A DNA stretch of 64,000 bases from Felis catus (taxonomy: Eukaryota): assembly GCF_018350175.1 (NCBI RefSeq), contig NC_058368.1, positions 192,636,001-192,700,000 of the forward strand. Reading direction: 5' to 3'. Below, one piece after another: positions 10,877-21,348 of this stretch. A program made the translations under genes and the position numbers. The notes below the pieces were generated by a model. It made no database searches. It saw only the letters and a list, made by a program, of their open reading frames with translations, and was not told where the DNA came from. Position 1 is the stretch's first letter. Each line of letters begins with the position of its first letter.

Positions 10877-13837
10877 TATTCCTTAAATTCTTAAAGATAA
10901 AAGTAAGCTGACAGGAAACCAACATCAATTAATTCAGGTCTTTTCACGGAGAAAATAATGAAAATCGCTTTGCAGTCAGATGAACGATCACTTTCATGTG
11001 GTTGGGTTGGGGAGTCATGAGTACTTTTCAGTTTAGATTGTGACCATATCTTGCAGACAGCAGGTGTTCAGTAAGTGCAGTCGCACCAACAGAGGCGTCC
11101 CTCGCATCTAAAAACAGCTTAGGCCAGCAAAAGCCACCAGTTACAAATGGTTACAAATTGGAGTAGCTTTGCCAGAGTCAACTCTGTCAAAGGACTTTCA
11201 GTTACAGCATGTCGCTGTCCCAAAGAATCCCTCCCGGTTGATGTATGGACCACGGGACAAGGTTTTATCAGGGAAGAAAGCACACTCACACCCTACTGTC
11301 CATCCCTGATAGGAAGCTGGCCCTCATGTTAGCTAGTTCCATGTGTAAACTCTGAGATTAAGCAGCTTCTCAAATTCACAGAGTGCCACACTTGGTAGAA
11401 CAGGCCGCAGAGGTGATTTCCCGAGCTGTGGCTGGGAGATTTCAGGTCAGGACACTAGAATAATGGAATCCTGGATGGAAGAGAACTTAGCAATCACCCG
11501 TGTAACCCCGCTGGCCCTGATCTCATTTTCTACAGAGAGAAACAGAAGCCATACAGATGGAGTTATGATCTGGCCAAGGTCACTCAGACCTTCTGATCCC
11601 TCACACAGGTCCTTTCCTACCCCAACATTTTCTTTATACTGTTCTCAACTTCACTTTTCTCCAGAATAAAGCAGAAATATGTCAATTGGAGGAATGTTTG
11701 AAAACACGTTATATGTTAATAACTCATAGAACACTGCCAATGTCTACATCAAATGAATTTAAACTGCCTGAGTTGGACTTTTGGTGCTATTATTTTAAAA
11801 GGTTCTCTGCTAGACCCTTTTACAAGATAAATAGTCATTATTTCTCCTTAACCATTTTGAAGTACATACTGGTTTTCAAAAATTTCAGAGCTCAGTGACC
11901 TTTGGGGGCTACGGGTTGAGGAAGGAGGGTGCTAGCAAAGGCTCTAGTGTTTTTCTTTTCCGTTTCCCTTTCTGCAACAGCTAAAATTTCTTGTAACACA
12001 GCAGTTACTTAGAATTGAATTCCTGCCCAAGCCTGTGAGAATGAAATAGAATCCCCTTCAGAAATAATGATTGTACACCACCACCTTGAAACAAGTTGTG
12101 AGTGATTCCATCTTGAAACACTACTCCTCCAGAAGCATTACTTTGGGGGAACTCTGGTGCCAGGCTCAGGATGCCTCTTTTGTAGACAGTGTGTGTGAAA
12201 ACACCAACGTAGCTCAACACAGGTTTTCCAGTGGGGTCACTGGGTAAATGGAGCCCCCCGGTGGCAGCATCACAATTGTTCAGATGTCATGGCATCCAAG
12301 GGTTTAAAAGAACAGGAAATTTCTTTTTTTTAAGGACTGGAAAATATTATTATTATAAGCTGCTCAAGTAAAGTTGCCCAACCACCTACACAAAAGGTAG
12401 GCAGTGTTTCCAAGAGGATGAATTCACTGCTGTCTTAGGATTAGGCATTTCACTTCAGCGTGTGTCCTAATCTGGATCTCTAGCCAATTGTTCACCCTCA
12501 GATGAATTTCTTTCATCCATCCATCCATCCATCCATCCATCCATTCATAGAGATTTGTAATAAGAAAAGCCATTAACTCACTCCCAGCCATTTTTTAAAA
12601 TAGCATCTTTACATTCAAGAGTTGCAAATATGTATTGTAATTGTTAACTTAAAAAAAACTTGGGGGTGGGAGGGAAGAGCCTGGAGAAAAGGGCAGGGAA
12701 GATATTTTATTTATTAAGACTTAATCAAGGCTTATGCATGGTGCTTGGAAGTACATCAGATAATGGGTTTTTAAATTAACCAGCCTCTCAGTCACTGTGA
12801 CACTTTGGCACTGTCCTTTCCTATCTCTGGGCCTCAGTTTCAGCTGCAAAACCCAAAGTAAAAAAGTGGTTGCCCTTTCAGTTTAACAAGCAATCTATGA
12901 TTTTCCCCAACAGTGGAATTTTGGTCCTAAAAAAGAACGGATGTTAACCACCTGAACTTAGCTTGTCTACCAGAATATTAAAACCCCCCTTAACTCATTT
13001 CCAATTCCTAATCACAAGGCAGCCACTTAAGGCTTGCAGCAACAGATGTCAAACTAAAAAGTTCTTAATTGGTTGACAATAGGCACATCTTTAGAATTGT
13101 TAACTAGAAGTGGTGAAATCACACAGGAAAAGTTTCCCTATAATTAGGCACAAAACACAGGGTGATTCTAATCAAATTTAAAGCCCCCTTCCCTAAGAAG
13201 TTACCCCTAAGAAAACTGATTTTCTTCCTCCTGGTCACTTGGACTGCAGGAACCGCCTCCCAAGACCTGGTCTTGGCCTTATTTCTGCCACATCCTTGAA
13301 AAATCCCATTTCCCCACAGCTGCATGCAAAGCAGCGAGCTCGATGACCCTCTGCAGAAGCCGAGGCCGCGGCAGGGGGGAAGTAACTGCCACCTTTCCAT
13401 CTCTGAAGGAATAACATGGTTCCGAGAAGAGGAGAAGTTAAAGAAGAGCTGGGCCCCTTCATCGCCCCCTCCCCAACACTTGCTCCTTCGTGGGCCAACA
13501 ATATTAACCCATGTCTCCCTGCTCTAAATCAACACAACAAGCCCTAAACTGTTGTCAAATCTCCCCAGGAAGGAGAGGTCCTCGGAGCCCCCTTCCCCCC
13601 GCCCCCCGCCGCCCCCAATCTCCCGGATTTGGGCAGAATCCCAGTCGGAGCCTGTCTGCGCTGAAGCGGCCTTTGAAATCCCGAGTGCAACTCCCCACCC
13701 AGTTTGCAGATAAAGGGCGGCGAGGCCCAGGGCGGGGAGGGCCCCGGGGTCCGGCCCTCAGCCGGGGACAGCGGCCGGAGGACGGCGGCGCGCGGAGACC
13801 CAGCCGGGGACAGGGGCAGGGGCAGGGGCGGACTCAC

Positions 13838-14035
13838 GCTCTTGTCGATGTCCAGCTTGAGTTTCTTCTGCGAGATGCTCTTCTGGACCCTCTTGCTGAA
13901 GGAGGCGTTGCCCGCGGGCCGGACGCAGCGCTCGCCGTCCTCGATGAGGCAGCAGCTCTGGCCGTAGCCCGGGGCGGCGGCGGGGGCGGCGGGGGGCCCT
14001 TCGCGGCTGTCCTCCTCCGTGCTAAAGCCGTTCAT
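13838..14035 (-). CDS. SAP30L: SAP30L coding exon 1 (aa 1-66), Sin3A-HDAC complex subunit SAP30-like; N-terminal half of the zinc finger
   Basis: ATG at 14035-14033. Translates [66 protein letters not shown], recognised as SAP30L. Donor AGC|GTGAGT at 13838/13837. 198 nt, phase 0. Confidence 0.98.
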
Positions 14036-14689
14036 CTCCCCGCCCCGGGCCGGCCCCTCTGCGGGAGGATCCCCAGTAGGCCACTCCGCGGCCGCGCGCC
14101 CCGCGGGGCAGGTCGCCGAGGCCCCCGCACCCGAGGGTCCCGGAGTCCGTCTCCAGACCAGGCGCTGCCCTGCCCCGCGCCCAGGAGGCCCGGCTCTGCT
14201 CCGCTGCGCTCCGGCTCCTTCGGCCCCTGGCCCCGCGCCTCCGGAAAGCCCCTTCCTCCCCGCTCGAGGCCCCGGGGTCGGCTCCCGCGGCTCGTAGGGC
14301 CCCGCCGGGGGTCACCCGGAGGCGCCTTCTGCCGGGGGCCCAGAACCGTTACCCTTCGGCGGGGGCGTCCGGGAGGGCGTCCCAGGTAGCAGCCGCTCCC
14401 TGGGGACTCCGGGCCCGGCTTGCCAGGGGGTTTCGAGGGCCCCCGCCGGCTCCCGCCTTCTTTCGGCTGCGGGGCAAACTCGCCGCCGGGCAGCTCCGCC
14501 GGGGTGGCACGGCCTCCCCGCGCGGGACCCGGCCTCGAACCCGCGGCGCCCGGGCCCCGGGGCGCGTCCGGCTCGCTCCACCCCTGCAGCCGCTCGGCTG
14601 CGCCCCGAGTCCCGCGGCAGCCCCTGGGCCACCCGGCCGCCGCCCGCCCAACACACCGCACCACAACAGTTCGCTCCCCCGCCCTCCGC

Positions 14690-14820
14690 GGGACAGCGGA
14701 AGTCCCGCCTCCGCGCGGCCATTGGCCTCGTTCGCTCTGTGGGCGGGGCCCCTGCCACCGCTGGCGCACCCCATTGGGCGCCTCCGCCGCCAGTCCCCGG
14801 CGCCTGGCTACTTCCTGGAC
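14690..14820 (-). promoter_or_regulatory. TATA-less core promoter of SAP30L: ETS/GABP site, two CCAAT boxes, GC box
   Basis: CGGAAGT 14697-14703; ATTGG (CCAAT on minus) 14721-14725 and 14773-14777; GGGCGGGG 14741-14748; ACTTCC ~14810. TSS inferred just below ~14690. Confidence 0.7.
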
Positions 14821-16959
14821 TCTGCTGGGATGGGTTCAAAGTAGAGAAAGTGGAAGAGGGAAGAGTTACCCGGGTGCGGGAGGGGAACCGGGCCGCAGAC
14901 TCTTCAGGCTCGGGGAGGGATAGTGAGCAGGGGCCTGGCTGGACGGAGGGCCAGATTCCGGGAACAGAGGAGCACAATCGGGGGCGTACTGAAGTGTAGA
15001 CGTGGGCGGGGGCGCCGAGGGACAAACATAGGGAGGGGCATTGAGGGGGTACCTGACGAGGATAGAGGTTCTGTCATGAGAACGTAAAAACCGCAGGACC
15101 AGGGCCAGAGGACCCGCAGACCGATGGGAGATAGGGTGGATGAAACAGCACAGAAAGCCAGGCATGGCGGGAAAGACTGAGGGACAAGCCGGTACAGATA
15201 CGTGGAAAGACGTGCAGAGGAGATGATGGGGGTCTGATGGCGGGTATTGCAAGGTAGTCGGATGCTGGAGGGTGGCGGAAACCTCAGACTGTAGAGACTG
15301 GGACTGGCTTGGTCGGTGCCGAAAGAGGAGAGGGAGGAAGAAAACCCCTACGGGGCTTTTGTGACCCTACGGCTGGGAAGAATCGGAAGTCAGTATAACG
15401 TCTGGAGGGTGGACTGGGTGAACCGCGCGGGGAAGCGGGGACTGCGGAAGACCGGGAGAAAAGGTTGGAGTGGAGGATCAAGGGCCAGTCTCGGCATGGG
15501 GAAGAGCTTGCTGTATCTTGAGCCTTCCCTGAAGCTCTGTAAGCTGTAGCTTCTATTGCTTTAAGCCTCCCGATCTATCCACGATAGATAGCAAGCCCCT
15601 GAGCTTGGGGTTAGGTACCCAGGGCATCACACACCCAGAAGGGCCTTCGGAAAATCTAGTCTAGCACCCCTAGTCAGGCCACCTCTCTGCTGGGCAACTT
15701 GGGGACTAACAATGACCAAAGGCCCAAAGGGACTAGCCCAGGGTCATAGGGTCATGCGGTCACACAATCATTTAGGGATGGGTAGCATTGACCTGGGTGG
15801 GCGTGGGGGGTGTTCAGGGGGCGGGAGTGTTAGGTGAGCACTTGTACCTATTTTGGTAGTACTAGGTGGCTTGGCATTAAAGAGGTTTTTGGTTTGTGCC
15901 CTGATGAAAAAAGGAAAGCTACCAGTTTCCATGTTTAGGAGCAGATGCTCTGTGATCTTAAATTTTCTTCAGTGACCTTGAACGTATTTGTACCCTGTTG
16001 TCTAGTAATTTCACATGCAGAACAGCCATTTCAGGAAATTGGCCTACCAGAGAAAAATTTAAACAAGGATGTTCATTGTAAGATTATTTATAAAAGGAAA
16101 ATAGAAAAAGAACCTCAAGTTCCACAAGAGAAGTGGTTAGGTAAACTACCTAACATCTTCAGAGTGAGATATTTTGCAGTTATTTATGATCTTTTCAACA
16201 TTTAAGGTAGTTTCAACATCACTGTAAGTGTTTGCTATATAGAACAATTCATCATGGACTCTTCAACAAAGAATTGATGAGTTGGAGAAGTGCTGTATTC
16301 ATGTTAACTTAAAAATGCAGGATTTAAAATTGCATATGGGATATGTGTGTACATATAAGTTAAAAAATAAAAAAGGAAAGCAACTATTTGTGCATATGAA
16401 ATCTACCAAAGTACTAATGTTCTAATAGTAATTGTTATCATGGATAGTGGAAATATGGTTGATATTTTTCTCCTTTTGGTCTACCTTTGCATTTTCCCCA
16501 GGAAGCAATTATTGCTTTTATAGTAGGAAAATATAGGATGAAAATTAATAGGAAAAAAGGCACAGTTTAATAGAATGCCTCACTCAGAGTTCATACATTC
16601 AGAAGTAAATTATTGAACGTATTACATATACCCATTTCAGGGTCGGCCACAAGAGAAGAATAAAACATAATCTTTACCCTAAAAGAGAGTATCTTCTAGT
16701 GGGGGGAGCTCAGACACATACCCAGAAAACAGTTGGGTGTCTATACAAGGCAGTGTGTGATGTTGGTTCCAAAGTTGACTGGTACGGATGAGAGGTCTAC
16801 ATTTCCCACATATATGTTGCCCTTAGATATTTTTCAAAACAGCACTTATATCCAGTGCCAGGCTGCTACAATACACACAGCTTCTTCGCCAGATTTTCCC
16901 CTGGCACTGCCCCTGGAGCAGGGGAGAATGGTGCTTTTTCCTTTTCCTAGATGGGTTCT

Positions 16960-18283
16960 GTCTCTCTGTCTCTCTGTCTGTCTGTCTGTCCCTCTATGGA
17001 ATTTATTGTCAAATTGGTTTCCATACAACACACAGTGCTCATCCCAACAGGTGCCCTCCTCAGTGCCCATCACCCACTTTCCCCTCCCTCCCACTCCCCA
17101 TCAACCCTCAGTTTATTCTCAGTATTTAAGAGTCTCTTATGGTTTGCCTCCTTCCCGCTCTCTTTTTCCCCCGTCCCCCTCCCCCCTGGTCTTCTGTTAA
17201 GTTTCTCAGGATCCACATATGAGTGAAAACATATGGTATCTGTCTTTCTCTGCCTGACTTATTTCACTTAGCATAATACCCTCCAGTTCCATCCACGTTG
17301 CTACAAAAGGCCATATTTCATTCTTTCTCGTTGCCATGTAGTATTCCATTGTATATATAAACCACATCTTCTGTATCCATTTGTCAGTTGATGGACATTT
17401 AGGCTCTTTCCATAATTTGGCTATTGTTGAAAGTGATGCTATAAACATTGGGGTACAAGTGCCCCTATGCATCAGCACTCCTGTATCCCTTGGGTAAATT
17501 CCTAGCTGTGTGATTGCTGGGTCATAGGGTAGATCTTATTAATTTTTTTGAGGAACCTCCACACTGTTTTCCAGAGTGGCTGCACCAGTTTGCATTCCCA
17601 CCAACAGTGCAAGAGGGTTCCCGTTTCTCCACATCCTCGCCAGCATCTGTAGTCTCCTGATTTGTTCATTTTAGCCACTCTGACCAGCATGAGGTGGTAC
17701 CTCAGTGTGGTTTTGATTTGTATTTCCCTGATGAGTGACATTGAGCATCTTTTCATGTGCCTGTTGGCCATCCGGATGTCTTCTTTAGAAAAGTGTCTAT
17801 TCATGTCTTCTGCCTATTTCTTTTTTTTTTTTTAATTTTTTAATGTTTATTTATATTTGAGACAGAGAGAGACAGAGCATGAACGGGGGAGGGTCAGAGA
17901 GAGAGAGGGAGACTCAGAATTGGAAGCAGGCTCCAGGCTTCGAGCTGTCAGCACAGAGCCCGACGCGGGGCTCGAACTCACAGACCGTGAGATCATGACC
18001 TGAGCCGAAGTCAGACGCCCAACCAACTGAGCCACCCAGGCACCCCTCTTCTGCCTATTTCTTCATGGGATTATTTGTTTTTCGGGTGTGGAGTTTGGTG
18101 AGTTCTTTACAGATTTTGGATACTAGCCCTTTATCCGACATGCCATTTGCAAATATCTTTTCCAACTCTATCGATTGTCTTTTAGTTTTGTTGATTGTTT
18201 TTCATTTGCAGTGCAGAAGCTTTTTATCTTGATGAGGTCCCAATAGTTCATTTTTGCTTTTAATTCCCTTGCCTTTGGAGATG
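16960..18283 (-). mobile_element. Carnivore L1 3' fragment (ORF2 C-terminus plus 3' UTR) with a nested Can-SINE
   Basis: ORFs [21 protein letters not shown]... and CTPMFIASLSTIAKLWKEPKCPS... are L1 ORF2. 16-bp TSD TTCCTAGA(T/C)GGGTTCT at 16944-16959 and 18284-18299. The tail has decayed into a GA/GACA microsatellite. Confidence 0.93.
17821..18046 (-). mobile_element. Can-SINE (SINEC_Fc-like) inserted in L1
   Basis: tRNA-derived head, (CT)n, poly(A). Perfect TSD TCTTCTGCCTATTTCTT at 17806-17822 and 18047-18063. Confidence 0.95.
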
Positions 18284-19389
18284 TTCCTAGACGGGTTCTC
18301 TATCTCAGCCCTTGGGGTAGGGGATGCTCCTTATCTGCTACTCCTGAATTCTTTAGAGTTCTCTTTACTGTTTTACTACTGTGCCCTGTTATAATTCATA
18401 AATCTTTATATTAGCTTTCCTCTGTTCAAATTACTGTGTGATTTCTCTCTCTTAATTGGACCCAGACTGATACCCTCAGTTTCTGTGTAATTTTGTGTGT
18501 GTGGGGGGGGGGAAGGGTGGTGCACATGCTTTTAACTACCATTTATAGACAATCCTATAGTCTTTCTTCAAGGAATATTTTATAATCTCTCCTCCCTGTT
18601 ATTATGTAGTTTGGTTTCAAATAACAATTTTTTTTTTTTTTTTGGAAAAAATTCTGAGTTTTCTGCTGGGGAAGTAAATCTGTAACTACAGAAAGGAAAT
18701 ATAGTGAAATATTCAAATAATGAAGAAATGAATACAGATAGAAGCTTCTGTGATCCTTGTTTTGCTTTGTGTAGGATTTGAGATTCTTGAAATGGCCAAG
18801 AGAATCTGCTTTGCTACATTTATAACTTTAGGTAATTAATTTACAACAGTTCCTTAAGTGCTTGAAAGATCTTGCTTTTTAGATTTGTAAGTCTGCCCTG
18901 TTGGGCATTTAAAGTGTTTGAGAAAATCAGACATATTAAATTTGTAATTGTAGTCTGAAATGTCTAAGGAAATTTGATTAATTAAATCTGTAAGCCTGTT
19001 AAATGTTTAAGGAGGATTGAATCTGCTAAACTTAAGAATTAATTCAACAGTAATCAAAGAACAAGTGAAAGTGATTGTTCTTATCTTTATATGAAAAATC
19101 ACCAGATTTATAAAGGAATAACAACATTTGTAAATTGAACATAAAGCTTTTAATAAAAGCTAGGTTTTAAAATGGCAACTTGACTCAGTAACTGTAATAT
19201 TCTTTTCCATCCCCAAGTCTACCTTCAGATAATTAAAATTACAGGCTGATAACCCCCAACTCCATAGTTCTAGCTGAGGCCTCTCCTCAGAGCTCCAGAA
19301 AACAGCCTCTGGAGCTTAGATGCTCCAGGGGCATCGCAGACCAAATGTTCAAGTTAAAAGCTTCGGACAACCGAATCCGTTAACTGCAA

Positions 19390-20090
19390 CCTGTACCACC
19401 CTTGATTCTCTCTTCTTTCACCCCACTCCAAGCCCACGCATCATTGAGGCACTTTCTTCTCCTTCCAATAGATATTTAGAATCTGTCCCTTTTGCTTCGT
19501 TTCCTATGGCCAGCGGTTCAGCCCAGGCCACCATCACCTTGTGTCTAACGTGCTTTACTGGCCTACGAGCTGGTCCCTAAACCACTCTTTCCTGATGGAG
19601 CATCTATACAAACCAAACCTTGCCCCACTTCTCTTAAGCCCCTCACCAGCTTCCCAGTGCATTCTGACAGTGCCTCCTGCCATCTCTTTGTCCCCTTCCC
19701 ACCCCTCAGCTCTGTTATTCTTCCTTAAGTTCCTCAGATAAGCCAGACTTCTCCCTACCTCAAGGTCTTTGCATTTGCAGTTGCCTCTACCTGGAAAGCT
19801 GTTCCGCTCGCTCCTCCCACAGCTGGCTCCATCCTCCAAGTCTTAATTTAAATGTCACCTCTGCAGAGAGTCTTCCCTGATTAAAAGGAATTTTTCTTCC
19901 CAGCCCCTGCCCATCGCTATGCTCCATTCCGTGTCTTTTCTTATTAGCATTCATCACAATATTCAATGATTCTATTTTATTATTATTTTTGTGGTGGGGC
20001 TGTTTCTCCCATTGCAATGTAAGCTCCACAAACGCCAGGACTATGTCTGCCTTGTTTCTTGTTGTTGTAGCTCCAGTGCATACAACACTA
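19390..20090 (+). mobile_element. L2 LINE 3' remnant
   Basis: L2-typical text, e.g. aggtctttgcatttgcagttgcctctacctggaa, aaatgtcacctctgcagagagtcttccctga, tgtaagctccac. Boundaries approximate. Confidence 0.7.
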
Positions 20091-20349
20091 ATTCTCCAAT
20101 TCTGGTAGCTAACAAGAGTAGGGACCCCGTAAACATTTTTTCAATAAATTAAGTATATCCAACTCTACCAAGACATTTATTAAGTAATAAAAAAGATACA
20201 GGGCACTACGTGGAGTATGAATTCCGTTTGTTTTTCTTAAAATTTTTATACCCAAATACACATATTTGGAAACACAAGAAACTAGTAATTGTGGTTGCTT
20301 CCGTGGTGGGGACTGCAGGCCAAGGGAAGAAAGGAAGAATCTGAAAATT

Positions 20350-20551
20350 AAAAAAAAAATTTTTTTTAACTTGAGAGAGAGTGAGCAAGCATGAGTGGGG
20401 GAGAGGGGCAGAGGGAGAGAGAGTGAATCTTAAGCAGGCTCCATGCTCAGCACAGAGCCCAATGTGGGGCTTGATCCCATGACCCTGGGACCATTACCTG
20501 AGCTGACACCAAGAGTCATATGCTCAACCAACTGAGCCGCCCAGGCACCCC
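20350..20551 (-). mobile_element. Can-SINE
   Basis: Head ctcaaccaactgagccgcccaggcacccc; degenerate TSD agaat(c/t)tgaa. Confidence 0.9.
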
Positions 20552-20859
20552 AGAATTTGAATTTTATAACCTCTGTTCCTATTGGATGTTTTATGATGTG
20601 CCTATATTTCTAATAATAGTAAGAAAAACACCATCCTTTGGTATTGTAATTTAATAGGAAGTATGGAATACCAAAAAAGTTGGAAGAATCTCAGAATAAA
20701 GGACAGTCATTTAAATGGAATAAATTAAGCTTTATGAAAAGTCCACAGCATGAGCCTATTTTCCTCATTTCACTGAGGACGCATGAAAGTGTCCCCTGGC
20801 TCTGGTCTGCAACCTGGCATTTGACAGGTGCTGGCTATTGGCCAACGGTAGCTCTTGGC

Positions 20860-21085
20860 ACTGTGGCTAAGGGCAAAGGCTCTAGTTTGAATTCCAGCTC
20901 TGCCACTTTACTAGCCGTAGGACCATTGACAACTTATGTGAAGTTTATAAGCCTCAGTTTTCTTCATCTGTAAGATGGGATGATAATAGTACTTATAGGG
21001 CTATTGTGAGGATCAAATGTGATATTGCAAAGCACTTAGCTTAGTGTCTCGTACATAGTAAGTGTTCATTAAGTGGTAGTTATTA
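20860..21085 (+). mobile_element. MIR SINE
   Basis: MIR core agcctcagttttcttcatctgtaagatgggatgataatagtac...gtgaggatcaaatg. Confidence 0.8.
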
Positions 21086-21348
21086 TTTCATACATTTTAT
21101 GCTGACACCCCTTGTACTCAGGTTCAGATTTCTGCATGTTAGAGAGTGAGACCTCACATTGCAGGATGGGAAGGTGGTGCTGCTGATCTGTTAATCGTTC
21201 GGTTTCTACACAGGCAGTTTCCATATCCATCTGTGCAGCAATGATTGGGAAAGTGCTTCATTATTTTGTTGTATCTTAACCTCATCTTAAAAAATTATGT
21301 GGATGGAAAAATGAAAGTACCAAGAGTAGTGATAAGAAGTGTGTGTAT

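Larger units (their letters stand above)
13560..15100. promoter_or_regulatory. CpG island spanning the SAP30L promoter, 5' UTR and exon 1
   Basis: Very GC-rich with dense CpG, in contrast to CpG-depleted flanks. Boundaries approximate. Confidence 0.93.
16860..18475 (+). mobile_element. Old ERVL-type LTR remnant split by the L1 (pieces ~16860-16959 and 18284-18475)
   Basis: Ends in ttcaaattactgtgtgatttctctctcttaattggacccagactgatac, resembling ERVL LTR 3' ends. Subfamily uncertain. Confidence 0.45.

Noticed and set aside
11085..11100. CTCF-like CCAACAGAGGCGTC (also CCCCAGAGGGCGG near 27602)
   Set aside because: Two or more mismatches at high-information core positions.
13544..13837. Extension of the 163-aa SAP30L ORF beyond DIDKS
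   Set aside because: Intron 1 read-through past a strong GTGAGT donor; similarity to SAP30L continues only in exon 2.
13511..15252. Many long overlapping ORFs (e.g. 292 aa +, 245 aa -, 237 aa -)
   Set aside because: Gly/Arg/Pro/Ala-rich products expected from a stop-poor CpG island. Only 13838-14035 matches a real protein.
17206..17804. ORFs resembling an RT-associated C-terminal domain
   Set aside because: Frameshifted ORF2 remnants of a 5'-truncated L1, not a gene.
18620..19200. Poly(T) followed by an AT-rich block, considered as a retrocopy 3' UTR or transposase remnant
   Set aside because: No properly placed poly(A) signal, no TSD and no recognisable ORF; left unclassified.
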